This document shows positions 57,703-64,000 of a DNA stretch of 64,000 nucleotides, in pieces. Under the pieces are notes generated by a model. That model ran no database searches and was not told where the DNA came from. It saw only the letters and a list, made by a program, of their open reading frames with translations. Source of the stretch: Flavobacteriaceae bacterium. GTDB lineage: Bacteria > Bacteroidota > Bacteroidia > Flavobacteriales > Flavobacteriaceae. The first letter of the stretch is position 1, and every line of letters begins with the position of its first letter. A program made the translations under genes and the position numbers. The stretch covers positions 739 to 64,738 of the forward strand of contig NVRM01000002.1 of the NCBI GenBank assembly GCA_002400885.1. Direction: 5' to 3'.

Positions 57703-58809
57703 CTATTTATTTTTTTCTAATATTTCTACTACAAAAACTAAGTTTGTATCTGGAGGAATAACACTACCAGCGCCCTGGGCTCCATATCCTAAATGAGAAG
57801 GAATAAAAACCATGGCTTTTTCTCCATATTTCAATTGCTGTAAACCTTCTTTAAATCCAGGAATTAAACGCGCTTCATCACTATAAACAGATTCAAAAGC
57901 AGCGTATCCATTTTGGCGATCACGTTTTGCATCATACACTCCGTATTTTTCAGCAATCTCCTTATAACTGGTATCAAATAAACGTCCATCACTAAAATAA
58001 CCGGCATAGTTTACCCAAATTTTAGTACCTCTTTTGGGTCTAGCACCCTCTTTTGAAGTTAAAACGTAATATTTTAAACCCGATTTTAATTCTTTGGCTT
58101 TCTTTTCATATTGAAGCATTTCTGCCTTGGTAGTCGATGCCACTTTATCTAAAAGGTCTTCTTGATTTTTATCTGCTTGAAAAGCGTCGTCTACTTTACT
58201 TTCAAATACTTTTGCAGCATTAAATTTTTTGGCAAGTTTCCCAACTCTGATAACATCGATTTTATTGATATAATCATCTTTAACAAGAGAATCCACAACA
58301 TTTTGTCCAATAATTACATTTCCAAAAACAGTATGCTTACCATCCAACCAACTCGTGTTTTTATGGGTGATAAAAAACTGACTTCCATTGGTTCCTGGAC
58401 CTGAATTTGCCATTGACAATACACCAGGATTCTTGTGACTCAACAACAATTTCCCTTCTGCATCTTTCGGAAATTCATCAGGAAATTTATAACCAGGCCC
58501 ACTTGAACCTGTTCCTGTTGGATCCCCACCTTGCACCATAAAGTCATTAATTACACGGTGAAACTTGAGACCATCATAAAAATGCTTCCCTTTAAATTCT
58601 TCTTGCACTTTGGTGTTTGTTCCTTCAGCAAGCGAAACAAAATTAGCAACTGTCATTGGAGTTTTTTCAAACTCCAATGACAGTAAAATATCTCCCTTAT
58701 TCGTCTGGACATCGGCATATAAACCTTCTTCCAAATCCGCGTATTTAGCTGTTTTGCATGAAGCAAGAACAAGTAACGCAACGATTGCAACACTTTTTAA
58801 GGTGTTCAT
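57703..58809 (-). CDS. Dual-family peptidyl-prolyl isomerase lipoprotein (N-terminal cyclophilin + C-terminal FKBP)
   Basis: 368-aa ORF with a lipobox (VLASC), a cyclophilin core (FHRVINDFMVQGGDPTGTG ... NGSQFFIT ... HTVFG) and an FKBP core (YAGYFSDGRLFDTS ... IPGFKEGL ... IPSHLGYG). Confidence 0.9.
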   Translation of the reverse strand: MNTLKSVAIVALLVLASCKTAKYADLEEGLYADVQTNKGDILLSLEFEKTPMTVANFVSLAEGTNTKVQEEFKGKHFYDGLKFHRVINDFMVQGGDPTGTGSSGPGYKFPDEFPKDAEGKLLLSHKNPGVLSMANSGPGTNGSQFFITHKNTSWLDGKHTVFGNVIIGQNVVDSLVKDDYINKIDVIRVGKLAKKFNAAKVFESKVDDAFQADKNQEDLLDKVASTTKAEMLQYEKKAKELKSGLKYYVLTSKEGARPKRGTKIWVNYAGYFSDGRLFDTSYKEIAEKYGVYDAKRDRQNGYAAFESVYSDEARLIPGFKEGLQQLKYGEKAMVFIPSHLGYGAQGAGSVIPPDTNLVFVVEILEKNK

Positions 58810-59520
58810 CTATTTATTGATTTTGATCAATTCAACTTCAAAAATTAGAGGCATAAATGGTTTGATTGGTCCTGAACCACCTTGAGGTGCATTTGCTCCA
58901 TAAGCCAATTCCTGAGGGATGAAAAATTTATATTTTGCTCCTTCTTTCATTAATTGAACACCTTCTGTCCATCCTTTAATCACACGGTTTAATGCAAAGC
59001 TAATAGATTTTTTACGATCTACAGAGCTATCAAATACAGTTCCGTCTGGCGTAGTCCCATGGTAATGAACTTCAACATTTGCAGTAGGTCCTTCTGGAGT
59101 TTCTCCTGTACCTTCTTTTAATACGATATATTGCAATCCACTGTCGGTAGTAACAACACCTTCTTTTGATTTGTTTTCTTCTAAAAACTTGACCCCTTGC
59201 TCTTTAATATCCCCGTATTTTGCAATCGCAGCTTTTTCTTGTCTGCGTTGTTGTGTTTTAGAAAAATAAGCACTTAATTGTTTGTCAATCCCATTTCTAG
59301 GAACTAATAAACTTACAGAATCCATTGCATCCACATACCCTTGAACCAATAAATCTTTACTCACTTCTGGAAAACCATTTTTCAATTTGTTTGCCATATC
59401 TACACCCAAACTATAACTTACAGAATCTAATTCAGAGTTTAAGCTTGATACTTTTTTAATACCATTGTTACATGATGCTAACGTTGCTACTGCCATCACG
59501 GCTACAAGTAATTTTTTCAT
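58810..59520 (-). CDS. FKBP-type peptidyl-prolyl isomerase (Mip/FklB-like) lipoprotein
   Basis: 236-aa ORF with a lipobox (TLASC), an N-terminal dimerisation-like helix region and an FKBP core (HYHGTTPDGTVFDSS ... VIKGWTEG). Confidence 0.9.
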   Translation of the reverse strand: MKKLLVAVMAVATLASCNNGIKKVSSLNSELDSVSYSLGVDMANKLKNGFPEVSKDLLVQGYVDAMDSVSLLVPRNGIDKQLSAYFSKTQQRRQEKAAIAKYGDIKEQGVKFLEENKSKEGVVTTDSGLQYIVLKEGTGETPEGPTANVEVHYHGTTPDGTVFDSSVDRKKSISFALNRVIKGWTEGVQLMKEGAKYKFFIPQELAYGANAPQGGSGPIKPFMPLIFEVELIKINK

Positions 59521-60062
59521 TGTTCTTCTTTTTGTATTTTTATTAATTCTACTATTACTTTAATCGGCTCATTTACCCCAATTTTCTTCCCATCCCCTAC
59601 TAAGCCATAAGCTTTAAACGATGGAAATAAAAAGACAGCATTCTCGCCTTCTTTCATTAATTTTAAACCTTCTTGTACTCCCTCAATTTCTAATTCCTGC
59701 TTGTCTATCTTAACAATTTCTATAGCTAAACTATCTTTGGGATACAATAACTCGTTCTTAAGATTATACACTTCGTAGGTATAGCTGACCCGATCATTGG
59801 TGATCGGATATACATCTGATTCATTTGATTTGAGAATAGACATCCAAAACCCTAAAGATGATTCTTTGTACACATGTACCGTATCATTGGCTATGAAATG
59901 TTGGATTAACAACGCTTCATGGTTATTCAAACTCCTATTTAATTGAACAGATTCTTTTAAAAACACATTTGTTTTATTACTAATGGGTTTTCTTGCTGTT
60001 GGACCACTACATGCCATAGCAGTCAGCATAACACCTGCAATTAAAAATAGTTTAGTTTTCAT
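59517..60062 (-). CDS. gldI: GldI-like FKBP-related gliding-motility lipoprotein
   Basis: 181-aa ORF with a lipobox (AMACS) and a degenerate FKBP-like C-terminus (EGVQEGLKLMKEGENAVFLFPSFKAYG). Its size and context match GldI of Flavobacterium as I remember it. Confidence 0.6.
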   Translation of the reverse strand: MKTKLFLIAGVMLTAMACSGPTARKPISNKTNVFLKESVQLNRSLNNHEALLIQHFIANDTVHVYKESSLGFWMSILKSNESDVYPITNDRVSYTYEVYNLKNELLYPKDSLAIEIVKIDKQELEIEGVQEGLKLMKEGENAVFLFPSFKAYGLVGDGKKIGVNEPIKVIVELIKIQKEEQ

Positions 60063-61083
60063 AAGAAACAGATAAATCGTCTTTGTATTGAGGCAATAAA
60101 CTTACAAATTTTTCTACAGTTTCTTCAATACTTAGTTCCGTTCTTCCTCCAGAGGCATTATCATGCCCTCCTCCATCAAAGTGATTACGGGCAAATTTAT
60201 TTACAGAAAAAGATCCTTTAGATCTTAAAGAAATTTTGATAATTCCTTGATCTGGGTCTTCTATAAAAATAGCTGCCAATACAATTCCTTTAACAGACAA
60301 TGCATAATTAACAACTCCTTCTGTATCTCCTTTCTGAAAATCATGTGCATCTAACTCCTTGCGGGTCATGGTGATATATGCAGCATTGTATTCCGGAATT
60401 ACCACTAAATTATTCATAGCAACACCTAATAAGTGCAAGCGACCAATAGAATTAGTATCATATACCTGATTGTGAATCTTGGCGTTTTCTGCACCTTTAT
60501 CAATTAAATCAGCAATAATTCTGTGGGTAGTACTTGTCGTAGAGGCAAATCGGAACGAACCCGTATCTGTCATTATTCCAGCGTACAAACAACTCGCAAT
60601 AGCTGCATCTACAAGATCCACCATCTCTAATTTTTCTATAAAATGATATACCATTTGACAGGTAGAACAAATAGAGGTATCTGAATAGGTAAATCTAGCA
60701 ATGGCGTCTGGTTGTTGATGATGATCTATCATAATAAAATCACCTTTGTATTTTTCTAAATACGATTGCATATCACTTCCCGTTCTGTGCAATGCATTAA
60801 AATCTAATAAAAAGATAAAATCCGCTTCATCTATTGCTCTTTTAGATTGCCTGTTTTGAACATCGTATTTTAATACTTTATTCGTCTGAGGCATCCACTT
60901 TAAAAAGTCTGGAAAATCATTCGGAGCCACTACTGTAACTTTATGATCCATTTTCTGTAGAAAATGTAACAAGCCTAAACTTGAACCAACAGCATCACCA
61001 TCCGGATTTCTATGAGGTACAATTACCAAGTTTTTAGGACTTGAAAGTAATTGTTTTATTTCTTTAATTTCGTTTGTTGTCAT
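60052..61083 (-). CDS. nrnA: DHH/DHHA1 phosphoesterase (NrnA-like oligoribonuclease / pAp phosphatase)
   Basis: Motifs HRNPDGDAVGS, MIDHHQ and DGGGHDNASGG are present. The start is set at MTTNEIKEI (61083). Confidence 0.88.
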   Translation of the reverse strand: MTTNEIKEIKQLLSSPKNLVIVPHRNPDGDAVGSSLGLLHFLQKMDHKVTVVAPNDFPDFLKWMPQTNKVLKYDVQNRQSKRAIDEADFIFLLDFNALHRTGSDMQSYLEKYKGDFIMIDHHQQPDAIARFTYSDTSICSTCQMVYHFIEKLEMVDLVDAAIASCLYAGIMTDTGSFRFASTTSTTHRIIADLIDKGAENAKIHNQVYDTNSIGRLHLLGVAMNNLVVIPEYNAAYITMTRKELDAHDFQKGDTEGVVNYALSVKGIVLAAIFIEDPDQGIIKISLRSKGSFSVNKFARNHFDGGGHDNASGGRTELSIEETVEKFVSLLPQYKDDLSVSYEN

Positions 61084-61131
61084 ATGGATGCGAATATACA
61101 AATTATAGCTAAATTTTGTGAAAATAGCCCG

Positions 61132-61139
61132 TATATTTG
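61132..61139 (+). promoter_or_regulatory. Bacteroidota -7 promoter box
   Basis: TATATTTG is an exact match, 25 nt upstream of the ATG at 61165. Confidence 0.45.
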
Positions 61140-61164
61140 TCTGAACATTGGTCAATATAATTTT

Positions 61165-62211
61165 ATGATGAAACAATTAGCCCTAAGTCTTTTACTTTTA
61201 CTATTTTTAAGTAGCTGCCATCAGAAGAAATCAATACGCATTGAGAAAAGCGATAATTATTTTCAATCAGACTTTACACTTGCCTTTGGTTCTTGTAATA
61301 ACCAATCGCTTCCCAATACTTTATGGCCAGAAATCACAAGAAACAAACCTGATGTTTGGGTCTGGGGAGGTGACATTGTTTATTCTGACACGGAAGACAT
61401 GGAGCTAATGCAACAAAGCTACAGCCTTTTAAAAAACAACGAACAGTATAGAAAATTTAGAGAAAACACCCCGGTTTTAGGGACTTGGGACGACCATGAT
61501 TACGGATTAAATGATGGCGGTATTACGTATAAACAAAAAGATAAAGTACAGCAAATATTATTGGATTTTTTAGATGTATCCCCACAGGACCCACGAAGAT
61601 TTAGGCCCGGAGTTTACCATGCAAAAACATATCAAATAGGTCGTACTATGATCCAGATAATTATTCTAGACACTCGGTATTTTAGGACTAAACTCACAAA
61701 AGACCCCACTGGAAAAAAACGCTACCTAGCTACTACAGACAAAAGCGGCAGTATCTTAGGAGCTGAGCAGTGGAAATGGCTAGAGGCAAGATTAAGTAAT
61801 CCTAAAGTCTCTTTTAATATCATTGTAAGCAGTATTCAGTTTTTATCCTCCGAACATGGGTTTGAACGTTGGGGAACCATGCCACACGAAGCAGACAAAA
61901 TGGAAAATTTGATTTTAAAATCATCCGCTAAAAACACCATCATACTTAGTGGGGATCGCCATATTTCTGAGTTTTCTAAAAAGGAAATTGGAGAGTACGG
62001 TTTTCCTCTTATCGATTTTACGTCCAGTGGACTCACCCACTCCTACGAAAGCTTTAAAGGAGAAGAGAACAAGTATAGAATCGGGCCTGTAATTTCGGTC
62101 AAAAGTTTCGGGCTTCTTAAATTTAACTTTGAACAACACCGTGTGAAATTTGAAATTAGAGGAGAAAACAATCAGTTATTATCCAGTTATAAGCAAGTTT
62201 ACACGCCTTAA
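61165..62211 (+). CDS. PhoD-like alkaline phosphatase/phosphodiesterase lipoprotein
   Basis: Lipobox (FLSSC) and metallophosphatase motifs (GGDIVYSD, WDDHDYGLNDGG, LSGDRH). The start is set at MMKQLAL (61165), downstream of the -7 box. Confidence 0.85.
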   Translation: MMKQLALSLLLLLFLSSCHQKKSIRIEKSDNYFQSDFTLAFGSCNNQSLPNTLWPEITRNKPDVWVWGGDIVYSDTEDMELMQQSYSLLKNNEQYRKFRENTPVLGTWDDHDYGLNDGGITYKQKDKVQQILLDFLDVSPQDPRRFRPGVYHAKTYQIGRTMIQIIILDTRYFRTKLTKDPTGKKRYLATTDKSGSILGAEQWKWLEARLSNPKVSFNIIVSSIQFLSSEHGFERWGTMPHEADKMENLILKSSAKNTIILSGDRHISEFSKKEIGEYGFPLIDFTSSGLTHSYESFKGEENKYRIGPVISVKSFGLLKFNFEQHRVKFEIRGENNQLLSSYKQVYTP

Positions 62212-62292
62212 CCCCACTCATAAAAACAAAAGTAGACAAGAGCTTAACCTTATAATAAAATTCAAACGTATTCTCAATTATAAAGAAATTTA

Positions 62293-62300
62293 TATATTTG
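62293..62300 (+). promoter_or_regulatory. Bacteroidota -7 promoter box
   Basis: TATATTTG is an exact match, 29 nt upstream of the ATG at 62330. Confidence 0.45.
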
Positions 62301-62329
62301 CACGATTTTAAACATTGAAAACATTACAA

Positions 62330-62749
62330 ATGACAACAAATAGAACTTTTACAATGCTTAAGCCTGATGCCGTAAAAAACGGACATATCGGTGCTATTTT
62401 AGACAAAATTAATGCTGCTGGATTTAGAATTGTAGCCCTTAAAAAAACGCAAATGACTGTCGCAGATGCATCGGCATTTTACGCAGTTCATAACGAACGC
62501 CCATTTTTTGGAGAATTAGTTGAGTTTATGACTTCTGGACCTATTGTAGCTGCTATTCTAGAAAAAGAAAATGCAGTAGAGGACTTCCGAGTATTAATTG
62601 GAGCAACCAACCCTGCAGATGCAGCAGAAGGAACCATCCGTAAAATGTTTGCGACCTCAATGGGAGAAAATGCAGTACACGGATCTGACAGCGATGAAAA
62701 CGCAGCGATTGAAAGCGCTTTTCATTTTTCTGGAAGAGAGATATTTTAG
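62330..62749 (+). CDS. ndk: Nucleoside diphosphate kinase
   Basis: 139 aa from ATG 62330, with RTFTMLKPD and the active-site motif NAVHGSDS. Confidence 0.95.
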   Translation: MTTNRTFTMLKPDAVKNGHIGAILDKINAAGFRIVALKKTQMTVADASAFYAVHNERPFFGELVEFMTSGPIVAAILEKENAVEDFRVLIGATNPADAAEGTIRKMFATSMGENAVHGSDSDENAAIESAFHFSGREIF

Positions 62750-62770
62750 TAACAATTACTATATATAACA

Positions 62771-62806
62771 AAAAAAATCCGTTGAGTCAATCAACGGAAT
62801 TTTTTG
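62771..62806. terminator. Bidirectional terminator
   Basis: 8-bp stem TCCGTTGA/TCAACGGA flanked by A7 and T6, between ndk (+) and the DUF721 gene (-). Confidence 0.75.
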
Positions 62807-62830
62807 TTTCTTATGATCCAATCTATTAGA

Positions 62831-63127
62831 CTAACCAAGAATAACTCTAGAAATTACCGTTTCACCCAAGGCCTCATTCATCATCATTATGATATTGGAT
62901 TTCCCATAACTCAATTCAGACCTCAAGGCAGAAGAGCTCAGCTTTACAATCAGTGTTTTTCCCTGAATCGTAACACTTTCTGTATAGGTAGCCACACCAG
63001 GGCCCATCATTTCTCCCCAAGCTTCCTGTACGGTGATTATTTGCATCCCCTTAGTCAAGTTATTCTCTTTTATAACCTGCGCCAAAATATCCTTCATAGA
63101 AAAAATACCTTTGTTCCTTTTTGCCAT
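62831..63127 (-). CDS. DUF721 (DciA-like) protein
   Basis: 98-aa ORF immediately downstream of recF, with DUF721-like sequence (AWGEMMGPGVATYTESVTIQGKTLIVKLSSSALRSEL). Confidence 0.75.
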   Translation of the reverse strand: MAKRNKGIFSMKDILAQVIKENNLTKGMQIITVQEAWGEMMGPGVATYTESVTIQGKTLIVKLSSSALRSELSYGKSNIIMMMNEALGETVISRVILG

Positions 63128-63135
63128 CCTTTGTT

Positions 63136-64000
63136 TTATAATTTAAATATTTTATAGGTTTGATTGGTCTTTTTTACGACCTCCTCTGTTCTTTCTGCAT
63201 GTGTATCACTAATAAATAACTGACCAAAATGATCGTGATTTACCAATTCTATAATCTGTTGCACCCTTAAATCATCCAATTTATCAAAAATATCATCTAA
63301 TAATAGGATAGGTTTTACATTGGATTGCTTTTTAATAAAATCAAACTGCGCCAACTTCAAGGCGATCAAAAATGATTTTTGCTGTCCTTGAGAACCAAAT
63401 TTCTTCACAGGATAACCATCTATTTCAAAAATCAAATCATCTTTATGCACACCCACACTTGTGTACTGCAACAATCGGTCCTTCTCTAAACTTGCGTCCA
63501 AAAGATCCAATAAATCACCGTCATGCAATTGCGATTTATATCGCAAACCTACTTGCTCTTTCCCTCCCGATATGGATTGATATCGCTCTAAAAAAATAGG
63601 TATAAAAATCTCCAAAAAAGCAGTCCTTCCTTTATTTATCTTTTCACCATACATTTTTAACTGCTCATTGTAAACCGTTAAATTAACAAGGTCAAACGTT
63701 CTATTGGAAGCAAAGTATTTTAACAATGCATTTCTCTGAGCAACGACTTTTGAATAACTGATCAGTGTTTTTAAATATAAGGAATCGGATTGCGAAATCA
63801 CAGAATCCATGAATTTACGACGAATATCACTTCCTTCTACAATCAGATCCCTGTCGGCAGGAGAAATAATAACCAACGGAAACGCACCGATATGGTCCGA
63901 AAACCGCTCGTAGATTTTCCCATTTCTTTTCACAATCTTCTTATGCCCCTTTTTAAAACTACAGACGACATTTTCTGAACGATTATTTACTTGATATTCT
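63136..64000 (-). CDS. recF: DNA replication and repair protein RecF (N-terminus beyond the window edge)
   Basis: The SMC-like signature GSQGQQKSF and Walker [12 protein letters not shown] are present. The reading frame stays open from 63933 to the window end, so the GTG reported by the ORF track is not the true start. Confidence 0.9.
   Translation of the reverse strand, partial: EYQVNNRSENVVCSFKKGHKKIVKRNGKIYERFSDHIGAFPLVIISPADRDLIVEGSDIRRKFMDSVISQSDSLYLKTLISYSKVVAQRNALLKYFASNRTFDLVNLTVYNEQLKMYGEKINKGRTAFLEIFIPIFLERYQSISGGKEQVGLRYKSQLHDGDLLDLLDASLEKDRLLQYTSVGVHKDDLIFEIDGYPVKKFGSQGQQKSFLIALKLAQFDFIKKQSNVKPILLLDDIFDKLDDLRVQQIIELVNHDHFGQLFISDTHAERTEEVVKKTNQTYKIFKL

Noticed and set aside
62804-63157. 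117-aa plus-strand ORF
   Set aside because: It is antisense to the DUF721 gene and to the recF 3' end. The DUF721 reading has recognisable family similarity, and this one does not.

Overview
The window reads as a chromosomal segment of a low-GC Bacteroidota genome, most likely Flavobacteriia. Support for that: a gldI-like lipoprotein, TonB-dependent receptors with CarboxypepD_reg-type N-termini, many lipoprotein signal peptides, and TAnnTTTG -7 promoter boxes. It is densely packed, about 70 credible CDS, and mostly core housekeeping: valS, murB, pntAA-pntAB-pntB, rocD, rlmD, oxyR, lgt, yidD, cysS, nrnA, ndk and recF. I found no rRNA, tRNA, CRISPR array, transposase or integrase. The only segment that looks accessory is about 25.6-31.2 kb. 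It holds a solitary gamma-class N6-adenine DNA methyltransferase followed by 665 bp without a credible gene. Downstream of rlmD is a GC-rich mosaic of palindromic repeats bracketed by an imperfect ~95-bp direct repeat, and then a lone phage-type XRE HTH gene with a possible A7-tract frameshift at its 5' end. Multi-gene loci of incompletely understood function are: (a) an ArnC/ArnT-like envelope glycolipid or lipid A modification cluster with a tandem LAB_N protein (53.4-57.7 kb); (b) a small Cys-rich protein, TonB receptor and HMA-domain cluster (43.1-46.3 kb); (c) a porin, imelysin and di-haem DUF1111 cluster (21.7-25.5 kb); (d) three consecutive PPIase genes including a cyclophilin-FKBP fusion (57.7-60.1 kb). 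Four ORFs below the 60-aa cutoff of the supplied track look real: two paralogous 2-TM mini-proteins overlapping SUI1/yciH, and two paralogous mini-lipoproteins. I cannot point to a complete, clearly novel system such as a defence island. The findings are ranked hypotheses that need database searches and comparative genomics I could not run.
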